Assembly (NCBI GenBank): GCA_040289575.1
Contig: PSLL01000017.1
Span: 6,902-31,389, forward strand
DNA from: Candidatus Dadabacteria bacterium
GTDB lineage: Bacteria > Desulfobacterota_D > UBA1144 > Nemesobacterales > CSP1-2
Direction: 5' to 3'
DNA length: 24,488 nucleotides
Shown here: positions 8,552-16,855 of the stretch, one piece after another
Position numbering within the stretch: the stretch's first letter is position 1
Layout of the letters: each line of letters starts with the position of its first letter
Made by a program: the position numbers and the translations under genes
The notes under the pieces: model-generated
Databases searched by the model: none
What the model saw: the letters and a program-made list of their open reading frames with translations, nothing else
What the model was told of the DNA's origin: nothing

Positions 8552-9371
8552 ATCCGTCTGCCTCCTTCTCCTCTTTCGAACTACGTATTATAAACTCCCT
8601 TACAAGCCGATTTGTGCTTCTGATGATCTCTTTGGGGGTGCCTATTTCTACAATTCGTCCCTCGTCGAGCACGGCAATCCTATCAGCAATATAGAGCGCC
8701 AGCTCAATATCGTGTGTCACTATGATTTGTGTAACCTCAACGTGTTTCCTAAGATTCAGCATCACATCATCTATTGTCTGAGCCGTTATAGGATCCAGCT
8801 CCGATGTCGGCTCATCAAAGAGAATCAGATCAGGGTTCATTGCGAGGGCGCGGGCGATTGCCACCCTTTTTTTCATACCGCCGCTCAGTTCCGAAGGCAT
8901 GACATTTTCTTTTCCCTCAAGACCCACTATGGAAAGCGTGTTTGAGACGATTCTGCTTATGGCACTTTCATTTTTAAACACCCTGTGTTCCCTCAGGTAT
9001 AGACTTACGTTTTCTCCAACCGTAAGCGAATTAAAGAGTGCCGAAGACTGAAACACCATAGCAAATCTGTGTTTATTCCTTACCTCTGGATCATTTACAT
9101 CCATTCCATTAATGAGTATCTTACCTGAATCCGGCTTTTCAAGCCCGATTATATGTCGGAGTAGCACGCTTTTCCCCTGTCCGCTCTTCCCTATAACAAC
9201 AAGTGTCTCGCTAGGCTTAACCTCTAAATCCAAATCCTTGAGGACATGATTGCCCCCAAAGGATTTATTCAACTTGATTATCTTTACCTCTACAGGCGTA
9301 TTCCGCCTATAGCTGGGTTCGGCATCTCTATTTATTATATCTTCGGTTCTTACATTCATATCACATTCCAC
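8535..9371 (-). CDS. mlaF: MlaF-family ABC transporter ATPase (start may be ATG 9359)
   Basis: Walker A GKSGQGKS, MVFQSSALF, signature LSGGMKKRV, Walker B ILFDEPT, H-loop VTHD. Confidence 0.93.
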   Translation of the reverse strand: MECDMNVRTEDIINRDAEPSYRRNTPVEVKIIKLNKSFGGNHVLKDLDLEVKPSETLVVIGKSGQGKSVLLRHIIGLEKPDSGKILINGMDVNDPEVRNKHRFAMVFQSSALFNSLTVGENVSLYLREHRVFKNESAISRIVSNTLSIVGLEGKENVMPSELSGGMKKRVAIARALAMNPDLILFDEPTSELDPITAQTIDDVMLNLRKHVEVTQIIVTHDIELALYIADRIAVLDEGRIVEIGTPKEIIRSTNRLVREFIIRSSKEEKEADGYENRG

Positions 9372-9429
9372 AACGTCGGAGTGCAGAACAAATACCGCAT
9401 ACGCCCTCCCCGAATAATAAAAACCAACA

Positions 9430-10206
9430 TTAAAAATGGTAACCTATATGGAGCAAGATTAAAAGTCTGGTGATAAAATAATCAAAAACCAGTATCAAGA
9501 TAAAAGACAGAACTACCGCTTTCGTTACTGAAGTCCCTATCTCCCTCGGACCTCCTTTTGTTTTAAGACCTACATAACAGCACGCTATTGAAATCATTAT
9601 GCCGAAGACTGTAGCCTTAATCAGACCGTGGAGAACATCTACAAACTCTATATAAAGCTTGACGTTCCTATAATATATACTGAAAGGAACATTGATCTTG
9701 TGATTTACAGCAGAGACTACCGCGCCGCCAAACGTCCCTATCACATCCATGTAGACCACAAGAAACGGAAGTGTGATAAATGTCGCGAGAAATCTGGGCA
9801 TTACAAGGAATCTCACCGGATTTATGTCCATAGTTTTAAGGGCGTCTATCTCCTGATAAACACTCATTGAGGCAATCTCGGCAGTCATTGCAGAACCCAC
9901 GCGACCCACGACAAGCATGGATGTCATAACGGGGCCAAGTTCCCTTAGCATCCCTGTCGCAACAATCCCCCCGATATTTTGTTCAAGCCCAAATAGTGCA
10001 AGCTGAGGCCCCGTCTCAAGAGCGAGTGCAGCTCCAACAAATACAGATATAAGGGCGGCAAAAGGGAGTGTGTAGTTTCCAATCTCTGCCATCTGTCTAA
10101 ATACCTTGTCCCGATTCCTAAAGGCTGCTTTGCACCAATAGACCGTCTCTACAAAAAGCTTAATCATCTCCCCCGTAGATTGAAAAAACCCCGTTACGCC
10201 ATTCAT
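9430..10206 (-). CDS. mlaE: MlaE-family ABC transporter permease
   Basis: RELGPVMT, GRVGSAMTAEIASM, EIDALKTMDINPVRFLVMPR and GTSVTKAVV motifs. Confidence 0.95.
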   Translation of the reverse strand: MNGVTGFFQSTGEMIKLFVETVYWCKAAFRNRDKVFRQMAEIGNYTLPFAALISVFVGAALALETGPQLALFGLEQNIGGIVATGMLRELGPVMTSMLVVGRVGSAMTAEIASMSVYQEIDALKTMDINPVRFLVMPRFLATFITLPFLVVYMDVIGTFGGAVVSAVNHKINVPFSIYYRNVKLYIEFVDVLHGLIKATVFGIMISIACCYVGLKTKGGPREIGTSVTKAVVLSFILILVFDYFITRLLILLHIGYHF

Positions 10207-11669
10207 CTTGCCGAATCACCCCCTTGAGTGATTTTATTCTGAGCGGAACCATCTCCTATCCCAATTGCCCTGTTCTTGGAAGATACATCAATCGGAAAGT
10301 AAAATAATTTTATCGTCTTTTTATGCGAATCAGACCTATAACCAAAGAGTCCCCCCAGGAAATAGAACTTTTTAGTGCCTTTTCCGGTCTCGGCCCTAAA
10401 CGTATTCCAGAGGAAGGACGAAACAGTACTACCATCTTTATACTTTTTCCACTCATAGAGCCGCCAAAAAGACGAATAGTTCTTCTCTATGCCTTCATTG
10501 TCCGAAAGAAACGGCTCGAGAATTGAAAGAAAGTGGAATCCCCGATTCCCATCTCTGTCTCTTTTATATGTAAAGAGCGGCCAGACATCAATCCTTCTCC
10601 CCCTCCTTCCGCTTTCGACAATTGGCTCATCTCTTATGTCAGAGTATAGGAAGAAAAGAACTGTATCCCTCTTTCTCGTATAATCCGCAAATGTACGCGT
10701 GTAGTATCTATATAACGGCCATAAGATAAAGCCCTCCTTATCTTCGCCGTTCATCTCGTTTTTATAGAATGGGAAAACCCTATTTTCTTCCTTTTTCCCT
10801 CTTGTGAAATTGATAAGAGGCCAAGGGGTATCCCATCTTTCAACTCCCCTTTTTCTATCCACCAGATGGCTAAATAGGGGTCCTATGTAGGTCCTTTGAG
10901 TTACATTTGGGGAATCAAGGCCGAAATAAAAGGGAAAAATCGAGAGCGTCTCTATCTTCTCGCCATAAAGAATCCTCTCTTTTGATGTATATATAGGCCA
11001 GAGGGCAAATTTCTCATCAAGCGCTCCCTCTTTTTTTCTGTATCCAAAAAGTGGCCAGAACCTAAATCCCTTTTGACCTTCCCCTGTATAGTATCCAAAA
11101 ATCGGCCAGAGAAAGCTATAATTAGTAGTCTCACCCTTTTTGGTCTGGAGAAAAAGCGGAAAGAGATAGAAATTGATCTCATCCTTTAGAAATTTATTTC
11201 TCAGACGTCCGTAAATGGGAAATAGAGCAAAGTAACTGTCTTTTTTATCTTCAGCACTTTTAGCGAAGACGATGGGAAAGAGTGTAAACTGCTTCTCTCT
11301 AAAACCGCTCTCCTTCTTGTCCGATTCATAAGAGATTATGTAAAAAAAAGACCGTATCTTCCGGTCGCTTTCATTTCTCCTGTATGTCGTAAAAGGGTAT
11401 ATAAAATCAAATTCAGATGAGTTGCCCTCTTTATCTCGAGTCCAATAGAAAAGCGGACGAAAACCGAACTCGGATGTTTTGTCGCTTTTCTTTGATGTTA
11501 TAAACGGACCGAGCGCATCTACCTCCTGCGATTGTGTACCACGCTCGACATTGAAAATGGGGGCAAAGCCAAACTCCTCTTGCCCAAACGAGGAATCCAA
11601 ATTGAGAATCAGAAAAAGCAGTAAACAAACGGAGAAAGCACCGCTGAGTTTATCATGGGTTTTGAACAT
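10203..11669 (-). CDS. Exported hypothetical protein made of about 23 aromatic (W/F)P(L/I/F)(F/Y) repeats
   Basis: 488-aa ORF with signal peptide (..SSFG-Q); repeats such as FRFWPLFGY, FALWPIY and IDVWPLFTY; 4-nt ATGA overlap with mlaE. Confidence 0.88.
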   Translation of the reverse strand: MFKTHDKLSGAFSVCLLLFLILNLDSSFGQEEFGFAPIFNVERGTQSQEVDALGPFITSKKSDKTSEFGFRPLFYWTRDKEGNSSEFDFIYPFTTYRRNESDRKIRSFFYIISYESDKKESGFREKQFTLFPIVFAKSAEDKKDSYFALFPIYGRLRNKFLKDEINFYLFPLFLQTKKGETTNYSFLWPIFGYYTGEGQKGFRFWPLFGYRKKEGALDEKFALWPIYTSKERILYGEKIETLSIFPFYFGLDSPNVTQRTYIGPLFSHLVDRKRGVERWDTPWPLINFTRGKKEENRVFPFYKNEMNGEDKEGFILWPLYRYYTRTFADYTRKRDTVLFFLYSDIRDEPIVESGRRGRRIDVWPLFTYKRDRDGNRGFHFLSILEPFLSDNEGIEKNYSSFWRLYEWKKYKDGSTVSSFLWNTFRAETGKGTKKFYFLGGLFGYRSDSHKKTIKLFYFPIDVSSKNRAIGIGDGSAQNKITQGGDSAR

Positions 11670-11829
11670 GCTCTTTAACTTTAACCCTAATTAGACGCAA
11701 AATCTAGAAAAATTTTTCCCTAATAATAGGTTTTGATGGTCTTTCACTTTATAGAGTTTCAGATTCCCATTATTTGGAAATAAAAATCTTGAACCCCTGA
11801 TACAAAGCCATATTTATTCTGGTAAGACG

Positions 11830-12918
11830 CTAAACATAGACCCGGCGTACCCTTTTTCCAATTGTAGAGAGAATCTCATAAGGGATTGTATCCGCCCACC
11901 TTGCCACGTCTTCAACCGAAACTCGGTCGTCTCCAAATATTACCACTTCATCTCCAACCCCAACCCCCGGCACTTCCGTCACATCAACCATTATCAAATC
12001 CATGCATACGGTTCCTATAACAGGAGCGGTAGTTCCCCTTATTGAAACCCTTGCACGGTTTGAGAGCCTTCTCATGTATCCATCCGCATATCCTATAGGA
12101 AGCGTGGCAATGGTCGTTGGTCTCATCGCAACGAATGTCCCTCCATAGCTCACGGATGCTCCTGAGGGAACGCGTTTTATCTGTATTATTCTTGTCTTTA
12201 GAGTCATCACAGGCTTTAGTTCACAATTCTCAATTCTTCCTGAGCCGTAGAGCATTATTCCTGGGCGGACAAGATTCATGTGCGACTCATGGAATCTCTG
12301 TATTGCCGCACTGTTTGCCGAGTGAATGTATCTTGGATAAAACCCGGCCTGATTTATGAGGGAAATTACAGTCATAAAAACCGAGATCTGATTTAATGTA
12401 TAGTCCCTAGACTTCCCGTCCGCGTTTGCAAAGTGTGTAAAAACCCCTTCCATCTCCAGATTTTTAAGACCCGCGATCTGATTTAAGAAATCGTATATCT
12501 CGCCCGAATCCACGCCCAGCCTATTCATTCCCGTGTCAACCTTGAGGTGATATTTTACCCTCTTACCCATCCTTTCGGCGCATTTGTTAATAGCCAGGGC
12601 AGAGGCAAGGAAAAATAGAGAAGGCGTTAGGTTATTCCTAATCACGTCTTCTACCTCTTCGGGCTGAATCCCACCGAGTAAAACTATTGGAGCATGAATC
12701 CGTGATTCCCTCAGTTCAAGAGCCTCCTCAACCGTTGCAACCCCAAGCATGTTTGAGCCAGACCCGATAAGTGCCTTAGACACAGCCGCCGCACCATGTC
12801 CATATGCATCGGCCTTTACAACGGAGATAGTGCCGACATCACTTCCGACAATTCTCTTTGTCTGGAGGAAATTGGATTTTAGGGAATCGAGATTGATTTC
12901 AGCCCACGTAGGTCTCAT
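11830..12918 (-). CDS. alr: Alanine racemase
   Basis: VVKADAYGHG (PLP Lys), HLKVDTGMNRLG, HSANSAA, VRPGIMLYG, IGYADG, GTVCMD. Confidence 0.98.
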   Translation of the reverse strand: MRPTWAEINLDSLKSNFLQTKRIVGSDVGTISVVKADAYGHGAAAVSKALIGSGSNMLGVATVEEALELRESRIHAPIVLLGGIQPEEVEDVIRNNLTPSLFFLASALAINKCAERMGKRVKYHLKVDTGMNRLGVDSGEIYDFLNQIAGLKNLEMEGVFTHFANADGKSRDYTLNQISVFMTVISLINQAGFYPRYIHSANSAAIQRFHESHMNLVRPGIMLYGSGRIENCELKPVMTLKTRIIQIKRVPSGASVSYGGTFVAMRPTTIATLPIGYADGYMRRLSNRARVSIRGTTAPVIGTVCMDLIMVDVTEVPGVGVGDEVVIFGDDRVSVEDVARWADTIPYEILSTIGKRVRRVYV

Positions 12919-12966
12919 GAGGGTTTAATTATATAATCCTCTTTTTTTATTATCGCAAGCCATCAG

Positions 12967-13008
12967 GATGCATGATTCATGATGCACAATACAAGATGGG
13001 CGATATAT
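12967..13008. repeat. Degenerate 7-bp tandem repeat (GATGCAN-like, six units)
   Basis: gatgcat gattcat gatgcac aatacaa gatgggc gatatat. Confidence 0.5.
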
Positions 13009-13032
13009 TTTATTCCGAATCTTGCACCATGT

Positions 13033-14550
13033 TTAATCAAGACTGAGAAAAATATCCCTTGCGTTCTGAGATGCAAGCTTTGATACGGCGGTTGCCTTAT
13101 CGCTGAATTTCTTAAGCGATTCTAGTGTTTCTCTGCCAGTTAGATCAATGAGGACTGAGAATATCTGAAACTTAAGTCTATCCTTTTCACGACGAAAGGC
13201 TTTAAGCCACTCATCTCCTACATCGCACTCGCCGTCTGTAATAAAAACAATATCCCCTCTTTTAAACATTGATTTCTGAAGAAACTCTAATGCCTTATTG
13301 AGTGTGGACTCAAAATCGGTTCCCCCGCCCGGGAAATATCCGGCAAGCTCAATTATATCGTCCTCCTTAATTCCCCATCCCTTCTTTCCATCAGAACCAA
13401 AAACTCGAACCGGTGTTCCTCCTGAAGAGAAAACAATCGCAATGAACCTTCTCCTTTGCCTCTTCGCGATCTCAAGAAGGCTCAGGCATACGGCTTTTGC
13501 CCATATCTCCTTATCTCCCTGCATAGACGAGCTTCCATCAACGCATACAATAAGTGGCCCCCTTCCCTTTTCTTCTTTCAGATGATATTGAAGAAGCCTG
13601 CCCTCGACTAATTTCTTTAGAAAGTCCCTCCTTAGAGCCCTGTGCCTTAGAGAGATCAGTTCAGTTGGAATGGTGCGTCCCAGATCATCCCCAAGCGCAA
13701 CATCGTAGACCTCGTTTCCTCTTTTCGACCATACCCGTCTCCTTGAAGAGAGCATCTCCTCCTTAAGGCTTCCAACCATAAGAGAGAGTTTTCTCAGCCT
13801 CTCGTTTTTAAACAATTTCTCTGCGAGGTCGAGCTTCTCTCCAATCGGCCTTTCCTGAGGCACCCCCATTGAAGCACCCCACTGTATAAGCTCCCTTTCA
13901 ACTTCATCAATCCTCTCAGAGGCCCGTTTTAAACCAGACCTGACGAGATTCTGAATTTTTGTCTCCATCCTCTCAAGCCTTTCCTTCTGCTCCTTCTCCA
14001 GGTCTTTGAGTTCCCCCTCCTGAGACCGCAATTGAAATTGGTTTTTTTTCTCTCTCTCCTTAAGAGACTCAGACGATTTCTTCTTTTCAATCTCTTTCCA
14101 TGTTTCCGATTCCTCTTTTAGCTCTTCATAGTTCTCCTCAGCCTTTTCCAGTTCCCATTCTTTAATAAGCGACCTCTCAGAAAGCCCGTCCTCAGATTTT
14201 ATCCATTTAATTATCTCCCCGCCCAGAGTAAGTGTAGCAATAGCGGATTTAAAACCATCGAGAATCGTTTCATCTCTTAATTCTTTATAATCGTCGGTTG
14301 AAATGGCCTTCTCAATGAGCTTTCTACCCATAAGCACACTTCCTTTCACTTTGTCTTGGGGAAGAAGGAGAACATTATATTTAAAGAAGCTCCCAAATAA
14401 ATCCAAAACCAAAGAGCGGAAATTGGGTAGGAGGCGCGAGCCTCGTTCAATGAGATTCTTTAGTTCTTCAGAGTTAGATTCAAGTTCATCGAAAAGCTCC
14501 CTATCAAAAGAATCGGTCTCTATATTCTGCGTAAGTTTCCTTGAGTTCAT
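13033..14550 (-). CDS. VWA-domain protein, ViaA/YieM/CoxE-like (likely start 14550, MNSRK)
   Basis: MIDAS VCVDGSSSM, GGTDF, VFITDGE; LGDDLGRTIPTEL motif; coiled-coil N-terminal half; promoter immediately before ATG 14550. Confidence 0.88.
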   Translation of the reverse strand: MNSRKLTQNIETDSFDRELFDELESNSEELKNLIERGSRLLPNFRSLVLDLFGSFFKYNVLLLPQDKVKGSVLMGRKLIEKAISTDDYKELRDETILDGFKSAIATLTLGGEIIKWIKSEDGLSERSLIKEWELEKAEENYEELKEESETWKEIEKKKSSESLKEREKKNQFQLRSQEGELKDLEKEQKERLERMETKIQNLVRSGLKRASERIDEVERELIQWGASMGVPQERPIGEKLDLAEKLFKNERLRKLSLMVGSLKEEMLSSRRRVWSKRGNEVYDVALGDDLGRTIPTELISLRHRALRRDFLKKLVEGRLLQYHLKEEKGRGPLIVCVDGSSSMQGDKEIWAKAVCLSLLEIAKRQRRRFIAIVFSSGGTPVRVFGSDGKKGWGIKEDDIIELAGYFPGGGTDFESTLNKALEFLQKSMFKRGDIVFITDGECDVGDEWLKAFRREKDRLKFQIFSVLIDLTGRETLESLKKFSDKATAVSKLASQNARDIFLSLD

Positions 14551-14557
14551 TATATGA

Positions 14558-14586
14558 AAGCTAACACATGATGCGTGGAGTATCAA
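14558..14586 (-). promoter_or_regulatory. Sigma70 promoter 7 nt before the VWA ATG (leaderless-type)
   Basis: TTGATA-17 nt (ending TGT)-TAGCTT-7 nt-ATG. Confidence 0.55.
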
Positions 14587-14746
14587 TTTTATACGACCTT
14601 TACACATGCTGACTTACTTGTCATACGCAGAGAAATTTCATCCGATGACGGAAAACAAAATTTTGGTCTTAAGTCGTGAATAGAACCTATAACTTTAGCC
14701 CTATGCTTCTAAAAGATTGGACTTTTTTCTCCCCCAAAGATCAAAC

Positions 14747-14775
14747 TTGATTCTATATCGCCGATGCAATACAAT
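14747..14775 (+). promoter_or_regulatory. Sigma70 promoter for the membrane-anchored receiver gene
   Basis: TTGATT-17 nt-TACAAT. Confidence 0.6.
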
Positions 14776-14813
14776 AAGAGCGGAGCCATAGGCTTTAAAA
14801 AAGGTGACGGTAT

Positions 14814-15380
14814 ATGATGCAAGGGTTGTGGTACTTATGTGCTTTTGTCTTAGTATTGTCTATAGTGTTGATCCTGGATTACATCTTGCATAGAAAATAT
14901 AGGGAGATGAAGGAAGAGTTTGACTCGGAGGCTGAGGGTTTGGAGAAAGAACACCTAAGGTCGGAAATCCCCTTAGAAGACCAAAAAAAAGAAATTAACT
15001 TAGAAAGGATAGATGAAACGAATAAGAAAAGAATCCTAATTGTAGATGATGACGATATATTAGCCCCGTTAATGAAGATAATCCTACAAGGAGAAGGGTT
15101 CGAAACAGAGATTGCAAAAGATGGGATCGAGGGTCTGGAAAAGGTAAAGCACGATGAATACCATGTCATAATTTCCGACTGTGAGATGCCGCGAATGAAA
15201 GGAGATAAGTTCTATCTAGAAGTACAAAAATTAAGCCAGGATTTAGCAAAGAGAATAATATTTATTTCGGGAAATATAAATGATTTTATAATGTCAACCG
15301 GCAATAGATTCTTATCAAAACCCTTTTCCAATCAGCAGCTCGTAGAAACAGTTAAAAACCTCATCGCATCTAATAAATAA
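14814..15380 (+). CDS. Response regulator: N-terminal TM helix, acidic linker and a lone receiver domain
   Basis: WYLCAFVLVLSIVLILDYIL TM; ILIVDDD, VIISDCEMP, FISG, LSKPF; SD AAGGTGA. Confidence 0.85.
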   Translation: MMQGLWYLCAFVLVLSIVLILDYILHRKYREMKEEFDSEAEGLEKEHLRSEIPLEDQKKEINLERIDETNKKRILIVDDDDILAPLMKIILQGEGFETEIAKDGIEGLEKVKHDEYHVIISDCEMPRMKGDKFYLEVQKLSQDLAKRIIFISGNINDFIMSTGNRFLSKPFSNQQLVETVKNLIASNK

Positions 15381-15666
15381 TCCAGGTCAGACATCAACCC
15401 CCTTCTAAGTCTCGATATTCCAGCCTTTTTGTGACTATATCACATAAAGTAATCAAAGGACAATTGAGAGAAATTCTTTGTATTTGAAACATATTATTCT
15501 TTGTGTGACAATAGTTATGAGGAACACACATAAAACGGAATGATAAAGAATAGTCGAGTGTGTTAAAGAAACAGGGCTTTAAATTGAAAAAACGGATTTC
15601 TTTTCTTATCAATTACGCAGGGGTTTAATCAAATTCCCAAAATATAAAAAAAGGAGGTAAATAAAT

Positions 15667-16248
15667 ATGAGCGCAAAGAGAATTTTGATGCTGGTTGGTG
15701 ATTATGTGGAAGATTATGAAGTGATGGTACCATTCCAGGCTCTTCTAATGGTGGGACACACCGTCCACGCTGTCTGCCCGGGGAAAAAAGCCGTTGAGAA
15801 GGTTCGGACAGCAGTGCATGATTTTGAGGGGGACCAGACGTACAGCGAAAAGCCGGGACATAACTTTGCCCTCAATGCCACCTTCGATGAAGTGGTGGCA
15901 GAAGATTACGATGCCATTGTAATCCCCGGTGGGCGCGCACCTGAGTACATCCGTCTAAATGAGAAGGTGATTCAGATTGTGCGCCATTTTGCTAAAGCTA
16001 ATAAGCCCATTGCTGCAATCTGTCATGGTGCACAGGTTCTTGCAGCAGCCGGAGTGATTGAAGGAAGGAGTTGCTCCGCTTATCCCGCTGTGGGTCCAGA
16101 TGTGAAGCGAGCGGGTGGCCAGTATGTAGAATTGCCGGTAGACAAGGCACATGTAGACGGCAATCTGGTTACGGCTCCGGCCTGGCCTGCACACTCTGAT
16201 TGGTTGGCGAAATTCCTAAAGGTATTGGGAACAAAGATTGAGCCATAA
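15667..16248 (+). CDS. DJ-1/PfpI family protein (glyoxalase III/deglycase-like)
   Basis: [23 protein letters not shown] nucleophile elbow, DGNLVTA; AGGAGG SD. Confidence 0.95.
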   Translation: MSAKRILMLVGDYVEDYEVMVPFQALLMVGHTVHAVCPGKKAVEKVRTAVHDFEGDQTYSEKPGHNFALNATFDEVVAEDYDAIVIPGGRAPEYIRLNEKVIQIVRHFAKANKPIAAICHGAQVLAAAGVIEGRSCSAYPAVGPDVKRAGGQYVELPVDKAHVDGNLVTAPAWPAHSDWLAKFLKVLGTKIEP

Positions 16249-16274
16249 GTCGAGCACCATCTTGATAGACAGGC

Positions 16275-16314
16275 TGTAGGTGTTTGTGGGCACAAGTCTT
16301 ACTCGTGACCTACA
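16275..16314. repeat. Imperfect GTAG-type REP-like palindrome
   Basis: TGTAGGT...ACCTACA outer arms with inner CACAAGT/ACTCGTG stem. Confidence 0.45.
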
Positions 16315-16470
16315 TCTCGGTAAATGAGAACCAAATTTATTTTCTCCAATCCTAATTAGTGTAGACGAATAAAGTGCTACAAATTCAACTGAGGAATTGC
16401 CTACGACAAGATAGGTATTATATTACTCATTAGAATATCAGGAAAAGACTTTGAAAGAGGAGAAAAAAGA

Positions 16471-16791
16471 ATGGCTGATGAAAAGAACGGTAGCATTCTA
16501 AGCGCAATGTTCTGGATGTTCGTGATTTCACTTCTCCTGTTCTGGTTACCCGGTATTGGGGCGTTCATTGCTGGATTGGTTGGCGGGAAGAAAGCAGGTA
16601 GTGTAGGCTTAGCAATAGTGGCTGTGTTTCTACCGGGTATCATATTCAGTATTGCTCTGTTTATATTCGCCTCGAGCTTAACTGGTATTCCACTTCTTGG
16701 AATAATTGCCGGTTTGGGCGGACTTGTCCTATCACTCTCTCACATTGGATCACTCTTGCTTGGAGCCATAATAGGAAGCCTTATCCCATAG
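16471..16791 (+). CDS. Small Gly-rich integral membrane protein of unknown function
   Basis: 106 aa, almost entirely hydrophobic; GAGGAG SD; internal similarity LPGIGAFIAGLVGG / IPLLGIIAGLGG. Confidence 0.8.
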   Translation: MADEKNGSILSAMFWMFVISLLLFWLPGIGAFIAGLVGGKKAGSVGLAIVAVFLPGIIFSIALFIFASSLTGIPLLGIIAGLGGLVLSLSHIGSLLLGAIIGSLIP

Positions 16792-16855
16792 CGATGGGAA
16801 AATATGAAATCAATAAAAAGGCACTCTAAATTCATCAAACTGTAACAAGGAAAAA

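Noticed and set aside
14551..14607. Longer VWA start MCKGRIK at 14607
   Set aside because: This stretch contains the -35/-10 promoter positioned for ATG 14550
15394..15612. 72-aa minus-strand ORF
   Set aside because: No SD, no motif, AT-rich intergenic composition
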